DNA of 64,000 bases from Utricularia gibba (Eukaryota > Plantae > Magnoliophyta): the NCBI GenBank assembly GCA_002189035.1, contig CM007990.1, positions 310,001-374,000 of the forward strand. Reading direction: 5' to 3'. This document shows, piece by piece, positions 38,638 to 51,502 of the stretch (its first letter is position 1; each line of letters starts with the position of its first letter). The notes below the pieces were generated by a model. That model was not told the DNA's origin, did no database searches, and saw nothing but the letters and a program-made list of their open reading frames with translations. A program made the translations under genes and the position numbers.

Positions 38638-40228
38638 ATGGCGGAAAACGAGGGGTTGGATGGTTCTGGGCAGACGGTAAAAGTACTTGATGCGCCTGGT
38701 AGCTTTCCCAGCTCAGAGAGCAATGATCCATCTGGTGGATCAACCGCCCCAGGAATGCAAGGGACGGCGGTAGGGGTGTCGGAGGCGAAGAAAAAGAGGG
38801 GACGGCCGAGAAAGTACTTAGCGGATGGCGGTTCTGTGGGAACTCTTTCCCCGACGCCGATATCGGTTTCTATTCCTCTCAGTGGCGAATACTCCCTTTG
38901 GAAGCAGACTTCTTCGCAGAAAAACGAGAATTTCGACTTGGAAACCGCAGGTATTATTTGGAAATGAACTGCTGAGTACATCAAAAGTGAAAATTTCATT
39001 TTCTTTTTGTGGCTGTCAATATGTGAGGGTTATGTTATCTCAATCATGCTATGTCCTGTATCCTGTTCTTGTTCTGATGATGCCGTGGGACCATTTGATG
39101 TTGTCTCCAATTTTCACAAGTTTTCCTTTTCTTTTGGGACCGCCGGCATGATGGATTCCTTGTGCGTCCACTTGATTCTTCTGGTAAGGAGATGATGTGA
39201 CTCAACACAGTACCAGTCAAGGCAGAATATCACACAGTGCACGGAATTTGATGGAATCTCAGATATATTTTGCTATTCCCATTTGGAAAATGCTGTTGCA
39301 CTACAGTTACATTCATTCCTGGCTCTGTATTCATCTTGTGATGTACAAAGAAGATAAGAAATCTTGTTGGAATGCTCTGATACTATATTCGCATGCAGGA
39401 GGGGCAGTAACAGCATTTTCATTAGGAGGGACCCTGATACCTCATGTAGTCATTGTTTCTCCAGGAGAGGTATGAATGAAAAGCTAGTTGCAGTCTCCTT
39501 TTTGCTGTGCTTTCGTAAGAAGAGTTCTTGGTAGCAGGACGTATTGCAGAGGATCATGTCTGTTGCTCAACAAGGGAGTAAAGCTATTTGCATTCTTGCT
39601 GCTAATGGATCTGTTTCAAATGTCACTCTCTGTCAATCTAGTTCTTCCGGTGGCACTATGACCTATGCGGTATGAACCATCTTTTTCCGGTGAACAGATT
39701 ATGCTTCTTTTACTCAGAGATGCCAATGCCCTCTTGTTTGGTTTTAGGGTCACTTTGAAATTATCTCGCTCACCGGATCATTTATGCCTAGGGATATCGG
39801 ACTCACAAGAACCACTTCCGGTGGGATGAGCATATGCCTCGCAGGGAATGACGGCCGTGTTCTTGGTGGAGGTCTCTCCGGCGTGCTAGTAGCAGCCACC
39901 CCTGTTCAGGTTCATCTAGCCCCCCATTGATCGGATTTATTGATATCCAGTTCCGGTGGACCGGAGTCTGATCATCCACCATACATGACATAATCCATCC
40001 CAGGTTGTGATCGCTAGCTTCCCCCCACTCCAACCCCAGCAGAAGCCCAGAAAACCCAAATACAAGCACACCATTTCATTCACCGCCAATGCAGCTCCCA
40101 GAGAGCCTGTTCCCGGAGACGGAAGCCAGAACCAGAATCACCCCCGCCCATCCTTTCCGGCGAGCCAAAAGAATCAAGCCAAGGACTCTAGCGAAGTAAG
40201 CAGTCATGATCGAACTGCACTAGGTTGA
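38638..40228 (+). CDS. AHL: AT-hook motif nuclear-localised protein (AHL; AT-hook plus PPC/DUF296); 5 exons
   Basis: KKKRGRPRKY AT-hook; LIPHVVIVSPGED, ICILAANGSVSNVTL, GHFEIISLTGSF, LAGNDGRVLGGGLSGVLVAATPVQVV. Confidence 0.93.
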
Positions 40229-41196
40229 TATTCAAGAATCACACCATGAGAAGGGGAGTTTTTACTAACATAAACACCTTAAAGCATGCTTCCGTTTGCC
40301 TGGCCCGGTGCGCAGCGCAAGTTCAGTGATGATGAGACGTGGAGGCAGGCCCATCGTTGGTAGTCTCCATCGCCTTCGTTTTCTCCCTGGCTGTGCGCTG
40401 GACCCAGTCCCATGTCGTCGTCCCCGTCGTTTTCCGGCACATTCGGACAGACATTCCATGTATACACGCCGCTCGAGTATCCGTACCTGATAACCTGCCT
40501 GTGGGGGTTAACAGTTAACACCAACGGTAAAAACGCAATAAAGGTTAATTGAGGATTATTTAGTATTCTAAATAATTTTCTGCAATTATTTTATAATAAG
40601 TTTCACTTTTTGAGCAATAGAAAATCATTTTGAGAAACCTAAAGGTAAATAATAGAGGGAAAATCAAAAAATAATAGCCAAACTTCAACTCGTGGTAATG
40701 ATGATATTAGGGAACATTCAAGTAGAATACTAAGTGTCTAGGAAGGGAAAATATAAGATCAAGGGACTTGGGGTGGTATATCATGTCAATTATGAATGAA
40801 GAGTAAAGTACGTGTTTAAATAGAAAAATCTTATTAATTTTACATAAATATTTTTTCTTGAAAAATAAGAATATTATACCATTATATTTAATAATTCAAA
40901 ACACATAATATGATACAAATATACGATGGGTAATTACATTTAATATCAGTCTCATGGCAATGGTTTAAGGGTCTAGGTTGAGGTACAATCAACTAATGAT
41001 TAAGAGAAAGAGAATGTATTTTATAATTTAATATAAATTTAGATTGAAAATCACTATTTACGTGGATCATTTGTGGCCCCCACCCTATGTACACTTTTTT
41101 AAAATTTGTTTTTTATTTTTGACTTATTGGTGGTGGCTTTTGTCTTGTCCCTGTTAATACTTACCAGCTATTCCACAAACCACCACGAAGCATTTC

Positions 41197-42204
41197 ATGT
41201 CAAGCTTGAAGCCATCGCCGCCGATCATGCTCCTCCCTCTTCTCCTATTTCTCGTCGTGCCGGCGATGTGTTGGCGCCCCTGGCCGAATTCCACTAACTC
41301 CGCGTTCGACGATTCGAAAAAGAACGAGGGGTCGTCGGAATTCGTTCACCTGAAGTACCACATGGGCCCTGTTCTCACTGCGAATATCACCATATACCCA
41401 ATTTGGTACGGTCTCTGGAGGAGCTCCCAGAAGCTTATCATCCGTGAGTTCATCAGTTCTATCTCTGATGAATCCCCGGGAGTTAATTCGCCGTCGGTGG
41501 CGGGATGGTGGCGGACGGTGCGGCTTTACACCGATCAAACCGGAGGCAATATCTCACGCCGCGTTCGCCTTGGAGAGGATAAGGACGACCGGTTCTACTC
41601 GCAGGGAAAATCGCTCACGCGCCTCACCGTGCAATCCGTCATCAAATCGGCCGTCTCAGCCGCGAGAAATCCTTTGCCGATACACCCCAACGGCGGGGTG
41701 TACCTGGTACTGACCTCCGGCGATGTGTACGTTCAGGATTTCTGCAACAACGTTTGCGGATTCCACTACTTCACTTTTCCTTCCATCGTTGGGTACACTT
41801 TGCCGTACGCATGGATCGGGAACTCGGCGAAGCTCTGCCCCGGTACCTGCGCTTACCCCTTCGCCGTTCCGGCGTATATTCCGACCACCGCCCTGAAACC
41901 GCCGAACGGGGACGCCGGCGTCGACGGGATGATCAGCGTGATAGGTCACGAGATCGCTGAGCTGGCCTCCAACCCCTTCGTTAACGCCTGGTACGCCGGC
42001 GACGATCCGGTTTTCCCAGTGGAGATAGCAGATTTATGCGAGGGTATTTACGGAACAGGGGGAGGCGGATCCTATACCGGTCAGACGATCAACGGTTCAG
42101 ATGGCGCCACGTACAACATGCACGGTATCCGACGGCGGTTCCTCGTCCAGTGGCTGTGGAATCCTGAGTTGAATTACTGTACAGGCCCTAATGCCCTTAC
42201 CTAA
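41197..42204 (+). CDS. EXL3: EXORDIUM-like (Phi-1 family) secreted protein, EXL3-like; single exon
   Basis: Signal peptide, WRPWP, EGSSEFVHLKYHMGPVLT, CGFHYFTFP, CAYPFAVP, PPNGDAGVDGMISVIGHEIAELASNP. Confidence 0.93.
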   Translation: MSSLKPSPPIMLLPLLLFLVVPAMCWRPWPNSTNSAFDDSKKNEGSSEFVHLKYHMGPVLTANITIYPIWYGLWRSSQKLIIREFISSISDESPGVNSPSVAGWWRTVRLYTDQTGGNISRRVRLGEDKDDRFYSQGKSLTRLTVQSVIKSAVSAARNPLPIHPNGGVYLVLTSGDVYVQDFCNNVCGFHYFTFPSIVGYTLPYAWIGNSAKLCPGTCAYPFAVPAYIPTTALKPPNGDAGVDGMISVIGHEIAELASNPFVNAWYAGDDPVFPVEIADLCEGIYGTGGGGSYTGQTINGSDGATYNMHGIRRRFLVQWLWNPELNYCTGPNALT

Positions 42205-43004
42205 CACTCTCTGGTATCCTTAGATTTAGAACTAAATGTGTACGGTCGCTTTTTCCAATATAAATGTAATTTATAAAATATTTATATAACATATTTAATC
42301 ATATTTATTAAAACCTTTTTTCCCTCAAAAGTATTTTCATTTACATATAATAAAACAGATAAGTTTTAAACATTATTCATTAAATCATAGTACAATGTTT
42401 TTTATTTAAGGTGTAATACCAAAAAGTTAGGTGTAGTTTTCAAAAATTGTACATGTTTATATAGTGAATCAAGTTCGATATAAAATAACGAGATCTAAGT
42501 GTCTATGACATTACTAATATTGATCGTTATAAATCAACATTTTTCGAAACAAAATTTGCAATCTTTTTGGGTATAGTTACCACATCCCATCCCATGTTGT
42601 GTTGTTGTGTAGTTTCTTAGGCGCCCACACATTGATTATCTTCGTTTTCAGCTTTGAAGGCACGTAGACCCCAAAAATTGATGCTCCCTTTTCACCTTGT
42701 GAAATCGTTTTCCGATCATTTTGCAACCCTTTTATTTTACGAAAGTGATTTTGAAATTGGGTAGATAATCTATGATATGTGTATGAGAAAATTGATTATT
42801 TTTAATACTTTTTTTTATTTTAATGTATGAAGTTAATTGGAAGTGGGTATGCTACTATCATAAATATATGTGGGAATTAAAATGATTTTTGGTTGGTATT
42901 TTGGAATATTGTAATGCAAAAAAATGTATCGATATTAAATAGGGTTTCAGTGTGAGCCCAGACGCAGAGATCAGTTCAGTGGAGTGAGTCCTCGGAGGAA
43001 GAGA

Positions 43005-43588
43005 ATGGCGATGGCAACTTATCGGCGTTCTTTTTTGGTCTCCCACATGTTGGTTATCGTGTTCTTTTTCAGGGAAGCTGGGGGAACCCGGATTTGAGCT
43101 TCGTTAGAGCTTCCTGCTCCGCCGCAACGCTGTATCCGGCGGTGTGCGTCAAATCCCTGTCCCCGTACGCTTCTGATATCCGCCGCAGCCCGCGGCGGCT
43201 GATCACGACGGCGGTGGCGGTGAGCCTGTCGAAGGCGCGTGCGACGGAGCGGTTCGTGGATCGGGTGTCCGGATCTCGGGGGCTCCGGCCTCGGGAAAAC
43301 GCCGCCCTGCGGGATTGTCTGGAGGAGGTGGGCGACGGCGTGGATATGCTGGTGAAATCGTTGAAGGAGATGAAGAAATTGGGGCTGCCGGACAGCCCGG
43401 ATTTTGAGTGGCACCTCAGCAACGTCCAGACGTGGATCAGTGCGGCGCTCACGGATGAGACGTCATGCCTGGACGGGTTCCCGGCGGCGGCACGGGCCAA
43501 ATCGGAGATCCAGACCCGGATCTCGTATTTGGCCCAGGTGACCAGCAATGCTCTAGCGCTTTGTAATAACTTTGCTGGAAAGTCATAA
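43005..43588 (+). CDS. PMEI: Plant invertase/pectin methylesterase inhibitor (PMEI domain); signal peptide separated by an apparent frameshift at 43080-43084
   Basis: FVRASC..TLYPAVCVKSL, ALRDCLEEVGD, SNVQTWISAALTDETSCLDGF, VTSNALALCN; hydrophobic leader upstream in the adjacent frame. Confidence 0.92.
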
Positions 43589-44043
43589 ATGCCCTTGGTA
43601 ATATTTCACTTTTTTTTAAAAAAAATAATAATGTACCTGTAGTAAGCGCTTTTTTCTGAAATTATTTTGCCCTAATTTTTCTGACGTTCACATTTAAGAC
43701 GAAAGGGGAGTAAATAAAACACGTGATAAAAAGGAAGGAAGAAGCCACTGCAAATCAGGTGGGAAAGGGGCGGAGCCCGCCAAATCGTACCGGGTTCAGA
43801 TCGCGATTCGATCCGTTCCGCTTCGTATATGTTTGGTCCACGCGTCGGTCTTTTCTATCTCTCAAGAACAGCCGCTCGCACCTTCGATTTTTCACGCACA
43901 AGGAAAAAATCGTGAACCCTACAGCTCTTCCGCGGTACACGAAATCGGACTTCGTTGACTGGTTTGGTTTCGTGTATCGACTGATTGTCGTCGCTGGGAA
44001 GGCTTCAGTGGGAGCTAGATTGTGAATCGTGTGGAATTTCGAG

Positions 44044-45659
44044 ATGGGCGATCGGTTTTACGACGATTTGGAATTCGCTTTGTCGTCCTGCAACATACGG
44101 AATATAGGTGAGCGAGTTTGTGAAATGCCAATGCTGTGCGTGATTTTGATGTTTATGTTTATTCGATTTTATGAACGTTTCGGGCGATTTTGTCGTCAGA
44201 AGACGAATACTTTGATGAAGATGAAGAATCGGAGGGATACTATGATGAGGAAGAAGTCAATGCTTTTGGGAATGAACGAAAAGTCGAAGATTTGGCGTGT
44301 CCGTTTTGTAGTGAGGACTTGGATGTGCTTGGCTTGTGTTGCCACATTGATGCCGACCACCGTATGGATGTTAAGGCTGGGGTAATTTTTCAATTCATGT
44401 TATGCTGTTTTTCCCCCTTCCGAATTCTCGAAGGCGGTAGTAATATGAGTTACTTGCAAGTAAGTTTCTGTAAGCAGGGTATCGTATTTAAAGTGTAATT
44501 CTACTGCGTGTCTTGAGACATGTAGCATTTTGCTAAATGGTGCTAGAAAAGTTTGATTTTTAACCCGTGCTTTATTGAAATACTATGCCAAGTTCGTGTG
44601 TCTAACTCAAGTATTTGATTATTTTGAAGTTTGGGATTATGTTTTTTCCGCTTTCTGTGACAGAGAGAAAGAGTGTTTCTTTTGATAGGTGACCGACCTT
44701 TTGATGCATCTTCTCTGGCAGTCGTTGTCTGTGGAAGTTCTATTTAAGTTGATGCGTTTAGCTTGTCTTTTGTGTCTGGCATTCAGTAATCTTGATGAAG
44801 GTTTCCCCATTGCAGATTTGTCCCGTTTGTGCTACGAAGGTGGGTGTAAACATGGCTTCTCATGTGATCACACAACATGAAGACATTTTAAAGATATCCT
44901 TTCAATCTACATTCTGTGAATGAAGTGCTTGAGTTTCTGCCACTAATCTTTTGATTGTTTTAAAAAGCTTTATTATTTTGGATATTTCGCATTGCTTTGT
45001 ATTCCTTCACCTGCCTTACGCTCTATGCCTCAAGAACCTTCATAGTACCCGTTCACGTTCGGCTGTATTTCTATTGAGGAGAGATATGCAGGATAAATAT
45101 TTACGCATCATCAAGGATTCCCAACCTGTGGACTTGTCTCGTGGAAAGGCAGTTGATTCCATGCTTGTGTCATTTGTCAACAATCCACAACCAAAAGTCA
45201 CAGCTCAGGAAGCTCCCAAAGTTGCCACTGCTACTGAAGCCAAGGAAACAGGATCAACCCCCAAAGAAGAGTCCTCAGAGAGGTGCGCAACTCTTCTCCT
45301 TTTTCCTGGTCATCAACAATGTTTGTACACACACCAGGGATTTCGTGCTTAAACATCAAATTTTTAGTGTTCAAAGACAATGCTGAAAAGGCCTTCAGTG
45401 CCCTACTACTTCGACTAGAAAACTTCATTCACCTTTTCATTCTTCATAGCAACTGCGCTATCCACTTGTGCTGCATGTGCTTTATTTAGATGGTTTTTCT
45501 CGACTCACTGCAAGAAAAATTCGTGAAAGCTTCTTATGGTTTTTCCCTCTGTGATGCAGCAGGATAGAGCCACCTTCCTCAGGCATGAGCCACGAGCAAG
45601 CAATGAGGTGCCAATTTTTGCAAGAACTTCTGTTGTCCACCTTCCTCGACGACTTGTAA
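44044..45659 (+). CDS. DI19: Dehydration-induced 19 (Di19) zinc-finger protein; contains an AT-AC intron
   Basis: LACPFCSEDLDVLGLCCHIDADH, ICPVCA...HVITQH, DSMLVSFVNN, RCQFLQELLLSTFLDDL*. Confidence 0.92.
44894..45019 (+). other. U12-type AT-AC intron in Di19
   Basis: 5' end ATATCCTT at 44894; branch-like TTCCTTCAC at 45002-45010; ends AC at 45018-45019; splicing joins HEDILK|ALCLKN in phase 0. Confidence 0.9.
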
Positions 45660-46302
45660 GCAGGTGTTGGCATACAGAGTTTTGACGCTCAGTCATTGAT
45701 AGCACTTGCAAATCTCTCTGATAATCTAATGTATATGATGAATAAACATCAGCTGTGCCTTTCATCTCTTCCCAGCATTTTTATGCTCTTTCTGGTTGTA
45801 TCCTTGTGTTGCAGACCAAAGCCTTGTGATCAGGCATCCATCACATACGCTTATATACTTAACACACTTGTTCTTTCTTTCTTCTTTTATCATTGTTAAA
45901 TCATCAACAAAGATCTCACAAACAGTCACATCTTTTAGAACTCGTCGGAATGGAACTATTCGATCGAATGGTTCCGGTTTTTTATCTAAATAGTGTAATT
46001 GGTTTTCATAAATATTAATTTAAAATTATTTAGAATTGATTTTTACTGTTTGAAAATGGAGCAAAAATAGTATATATTATTTACGGTAATAGTAGATTTG
46101 ATCCCTAATTTCAAATCCTAATTTTTTTTCGAATTCAATTTTATTATTATTGATCGATATTCGTGATCACCGCAGACCATTGTTAGCACACCTTTTCTTG
46201 TGTTAGCATGTGTTTAAAAGTGTTTTTTTTTTAAAAAAAAAAATTATAGATCTCATCTTTCTATTTATTATAAATGTTTTTAGAAAAGAATTTAGTATTT
46301 AC

Positions 46303-46387
46303 TGGGCCCAAAGTGGGCTGGATTATTGAGGTTCACCTGCTCGAATGGGCTTTAAAGATTCAGTGATTTTGGGCCTACTATTGGGCT
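46303..46387. promoter_or_regulatory. Dense site II (TGGGCY) cluster upstream of PDCD2
   Basis: TGGGCC at 46303 (palindromic TGGGCCCA), TGGGCT at 46314, 46346 and 46382, TGGGCC at 46370; 140-225 nt upstream of the ATG. Confidence 0.7.
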
Positions 46388-46526
46388 TGATGCCCACACT
46401 GGTCCATTGTGAAGCCTATACTTTGATCTTTAGGCTCGACTGCTTGAAACTTCCGAGGAGTGAATTTGGCGGCGGATCCGTTTATCTTGCATCCTTTGAT
46501 TTTGCGGGAGCACAGACTTGAAGGAA

Positions 46527-48789
46527 ATGGATGTTGATTCGGATTTGGGTAATTTCAAGTCCATGAAAATATCTTCGCTTGACGGGGATGAAGAGGGAGA
46601 GGAGGGAAACGACATCCTCGATGATGATGTCAGCACCGAGGAAGATGAGGAAGAGGATGCGGAGCCGATGACGTTAGGGTTCGCGGAGAAGCCAGAGAAG
46701 TCATGGACGTTGCTGAGACAGTATTTTCCGAGCAAAGCTGGTGGCGTCCCTGTAATTAATTAGCACATTCTTTTGTACCACGAGATTTTTGTTGGCTGTT
46801 CTAGTGAAGGAAATGTTGCTGCGTTGCTACTAATCTTATGGGTCGGGATTGATTTTTTGTTATTGTCGTGGCACAGGCTTGGTTGGACCCGGTGAATTTG
46901 CCTTCTGGAAAATCCAGCCTTTGTGATTTCTGCGGCCAGCCTTTGCAGTTTCTGCTTCAGGTATGTCAGGTTGCAGTTCCTCTCATGGAAACACTTTTTC
47001 TCATGTGTCAGTACCTTTGAAAGAATTAACGGTATCCTTTTATCCCCTTCCTTTTGTCTATTGCGTTTATAGGTTTATGCACCTTTAAGCCAGGAGTCTG
47101 CATTTCACAGAACTCTGTTCCTTTTCATGTGCCCATCAATGAGTTGTCTTCTTCATGACCAGCATGAGCAGTGGAAACGTCATCCGGGGAGTCCCCTTAG
47201 AAGGTATTTTTCTACGTGGTCTCGCATAAAGATGTATAACTTTTTGGGGGTGTTTGATGAACTGTGATAAATGGTTAAAAAGTGTCAAGGTTTTTCGGTG
47301 CCAGCTGCCACGGGTGAATCCATTTTACTGCTCTGAAAGACCCAATGATGATGGTACTACGCCACCTTTAACTGATGGAGGTGAATTCTGGTCTTTAATT
47401 ATGATGATATCATGGCATATTGCAACTCGAGGCGGTTGTAAAAACTACTTGCTCTTCTACTGAGCACAAGTTTACTGCCGTTGCCTGATTTATTTACCCT
47501 TATTGTGCACTTGCATTTTCAACCAAGCGAACATGTGTTAGGAGATAAAACCTTGGTTATTCCCATGTAAAAAAAACTTAGCTTGTCACGTCCTGGTGAG
47601 TTTAGAATCACCATTTTGGTAACTGATGCAGGTATTCTCTGCAAGTGGTGCGGCACATGGATTGGGGACAAGGTTTGTGCCGGCTGCAAGAAAGCAAACT
47701 ATTGTTCACAAGCTCACCAGGTACTCTACCTGAATCATATGCCCTTCAATGGAGACTGCTTCAGGCTCCTCTAACAAACTGGAATCATCTGCAGACAGCT
47801 CATTGGAAGTCCCATAAGTCAAGTCACAAATCCGTCTGTCGACAGTTAGCAACTTCCAGCGATGGATCAGCATCAGGTATTATTTGTCAATGAATGATGT
47901 GGCCTAGCGGCCCTCAATAGTTCCAATTACAGAATAAACACTTCATAATGATTTTTATTTCCTGTGTTTACTCTTGTAACAGCTATCTGCACTTCCCTCT
48001 GGCCTGAATATGAGTTAACAATTGATGATGAGCCAGAACGTGACGTGGAGTCATATGATACTGCATCTGCTAATTCATTGATATCTAGTAAAGTAGATGG
48101 ATCATTCAGAAACTCAGATTCATACTTCAAGGTGCTTCTTAAGCATATGACTATGGAATATTAACTTGTTGAATATGGATACCAATCCCACTGTCCCTTG
48201 TTTTAATACAGGGACACGGTGACAATAAGAGTTGGGCATCCTTCCATGAGAGAATATCTGTGGCTCCCGATCAAGTTTTGAGGTAATAGATTTTTTCTTT
48301 TTTTTTAACTTCGTTGTCATTGTCTTTGCCATCTCAATTTTGGACATCATACAATAAAGCATGGTTCTTATGCACTTCAACACACGATCAGGTATTCCAG
48401 TTCTCATGCAAAGCCACTGTGGCCCGTCTCCTGTGGCCGGCCATCAAAATACGACATTCCTAAATGCATATACTGTGGCGGGCCTCGTCGTTTTGAATTT
48501 CAGGTTTTTACATACAATATTTGTTAAATTCCATCATCATCATGTTCATAGTTTCTTTTGCTCTATTTGATTCCAAGCGCACCCTGTCAAGCTGCTAATG
48601 AAGCACTATGGTTTTCAGGTTTTGCCTCAATTATTGTACTTCTTCCATGTTGAAGATGATGCTGACAATTCGCTTGACTGGGCAACCATTGCCGTGTTCA
48701 CATGCGAGTCATCATGTGAGGCACCGCTGAGTTACAAAGAAGAGTTTGCCTGGGTTCAGCTTGATGCCCCTTCCATGTCGCACAGATAA
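46527..48789 (+). CDS. PDCD2: Programmed cell death protein 2 (zf-MYND plus PDCD2_C; Tsr4-like)
   Basis: YFPSKAGGVP|AWLDP, CDFCGQPLQFLLQVYAP, FHRTLFLFMC, CKWCG...CAGCKKANYCSQAHQ, PDQVLRY, CGGPRRFEFQVLPQLL, DWATIAVFTCESSC. Confidence 0.93.
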
Positions 48790-49298
48790 CTCCCAGTCCT
48801 CGTGTAGGTGGATCAGTCCATTTTCGGCAATTTTCTTGGTACACAGTTTGGAGAAGAGTGGAACAAAATTAAACGGTTATCTCTGTTTATGCTGAAGTAG
48901 TAGTACATCATATGAACAATTGGAGTGGTGTTTGAAAAATCCACCTTTTTATTGCAAAGGATGTATGCAGTTTGTTGATATCCTGTAGGCTTGTTTGTAG
49001 CATCTTGACTGTCCAAACAAATCCCACGAATGTACAACGCAGATGGAAAGAAAAAAGAAAGGGAAAGCCAACATGCACCAGAAGCTGCTCTGCTCCACCA
49101 AAACTTTTCTTACAACAACATGAAGAGAAGAATCAACAACTTTCGCACTGTACAAAGAACACCTGAAACAAGCCGGGGACTCTTTCTCCTGCATCCGTGC
49201 CTCGTGTTATTGCAGCTCAGACCAGAATTCAAGCATGCTTACTGCCGCTGTATCTCATGAGACGATGAAGAATGGACAGGTTTTTACTGAGAGCTGTT

Positions 49299-51502
49299 TC
49301 ATGATTCTGCAATGGGGTTCCTCAAGAGATGCGAGACAATGGAACAGTTGGATTCTGTATATGAAAACGAGGTTTCCAGGGCGGGACAAGGCTGGGGGAG
49401 CACGTTGACTGACGAGCCAACAACGTTGTCACATGTCCAAGATGAGAATGAAGAAGGGTCTTCTGAGTTCAGGGAGAAAGAAACATTGGAAAGACATATA
49501 GAGGTGAAGGGTGACTCCGGAATGCCGGTAAATACGCCGGCCGACGTAATGTTAACCCCAAGAACATCATGGATCACAATTTGGCTGACGGAAGGCAGAG
49601 CGCTGGGATCATATGAATCATCAGGATGGGAGGAACACTGACCTGAGGCCTTGAATCCAACCTGAACATTTTCAATGAAGGAATCTGATATGAAGATATC
49701 CCTGATGTAGCCGCCCCTTCCTTTGGTTGTTTTGAGATGAACAGCAATGGAGGAATTGTGTACATGGAGCTGCTCAGCCACCACCGCGGAGATCCCGCCG
49801 GACATCTCGCTGCCGATGGCAAAACCAGACCCCAAAGAAGATTGAAGATGAACCCCTCTAACATGGACATCAGTGGTTGGTCTCCCGTATGCTATCCCAT
49901 ATTGATCCCAACCACTTTTCATGGCTATTGCATCATACCCAGTGCTGACATTGCTGTGCTCAATGCAGACATGGTCCGAGGAATCTGATACAGGAAAGAT
50001 TTCAAGCTTTGCAAAAGTAAAGATAAGAAAGAAAACACTGAAAATTCTGTGGAAAAACCATTAACCATACCTGGAACAACACCACAGGTGTCCGGAGAAT
50101 TGTGTGGCGAGTAAACTGTAATGTTCTGTACCAACAGTTGGCTGCAAGAAGGTAAAAAGTAGTCAATATTTGATTCCTGCTCACTGCTAAGAAAATATGA
50201 GAGACTGAATAACAAAAGACACCTGCAGTAAACAGGGTGAATGCCCCAAGCTGGCGCATTCAGGAAGGTTAAGTTTGTTATAGCAATGTTCTCAGATGAC
50301 ACCAATTCCACAAGATGCGGTCTACTGTAGTCCAAGGAATGATTGTTCATCTTTTCCCACCAAACAGCCCCTTGTCCATCAATTGTCCCATTGTTTCCTA
50401 AACAGAGAAGGGAGTTGTGAATGAAGATGGGCAAAGAAGTTGTTAGCTTGATCAGAAATGCTTGCAGTTACCTGTGATTACAACATCAGTCAGATTCTGT
50501 CCATTGATCAAGCTGCGGTATCGTCGGCCGGGCACGTCGAGGCCTCTGCCATAAGAAGGTAAGGGATCTACTATATCCCAGTGATGATACTCCTGCAAAA
50601 GCACATGAAGTTAACTGTCAAGAAGCATGCTTTAGACTACACAGAATGTGGCTCATGTGAAAAAAACAAAGAAGGGAACCTGAGATCCAAGAATAACAGC
50701 ATCCTTCTCCAGGAAGAGTGTGAGATGGCTGGTGAGAGTGATGCTGCCGGTGAGCCATTTTCCCGGTGGAACATAAAGCTGAGCTCCACCTTTGTCAGCG
50801 AATGACTTGAGATAGAAAATGGCGTTCTGAAACGCCACGGTGTTGAGAGTTTTCCCATCTCCAACAGCAGCGAATTCGGTGACGGATACGCTGTGAGGGC
50901 GAGGTGTCAATGGCCAGTATGACTCACAGACTCCCTCGTGATCTGCTGCATTGGCTGATAACAGGAGAAACAGAAGAACTACCTGGGTTGCAAGGGAATG
51001 TAACGAAATCATCAAGACAAGAAAGCCATGGAACATTATGTTCTGCAAGGAAAGAAGGGGAACCAGAAAGTTGCAATATTTACTCTCGCAAGGAGTGTAA
51101 GAACTGAGCGAGAGAAAAACCAGAGAAGGGGAATTTAGAATTGTTGGTAAAACGAGCAATTGAAAAACACAGAGCCTCAGATCTAAAGGAAGTTCCTCAT
51201 TCACGGACAATGTGGGCAGATCAAAGCTAATTGAACATCAGCATCGGATTAAACTGCCTCCATCGGCAGGAAAAAAAAAAGAGATGAATCCAGACATAGT
51301 AACAGCAATCAAAAGCCTGCTCTCCCCACAAAGCTCAAGCAACAATCGTGCAACAAGATTCAATCTTTCTTTTTCCACCCAGAAACAAAAGCTTCCCAGA
51401 AAAGGAGAACTGCAGAGGTGATCCGGGAATTCACCCGACAAGCATTTAAACACTCCATCATTTGGAACGCGAAGAGATTAACGTACTTACTATCCCCTTC
51501 AT
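49299..51502 (-). CDS. Glycoside hydrolase family 28 polygalacturonase-like protein; 12-nt first coding exon (MKGI)
   Basis: VGDGKTLNTVAFQNAIFYL, GGAQLYVPPGKWLTGS, LPSYGRG...GRRYRSLING, GNNGTIDGQGAVWW, SGWDQYGIAYGRP, AIGSEMSGGIS, KTTKGRGGYI. Confidence 0.93.

Noticed and set aside
41197-51502. Cell-wall gene cluster (EXL3, PMEI, polygalacturonase)
   Set aside because: All three belong to large, common families and are interrupted by Di19 and PDCD2; there is no evidence of co-regulation.
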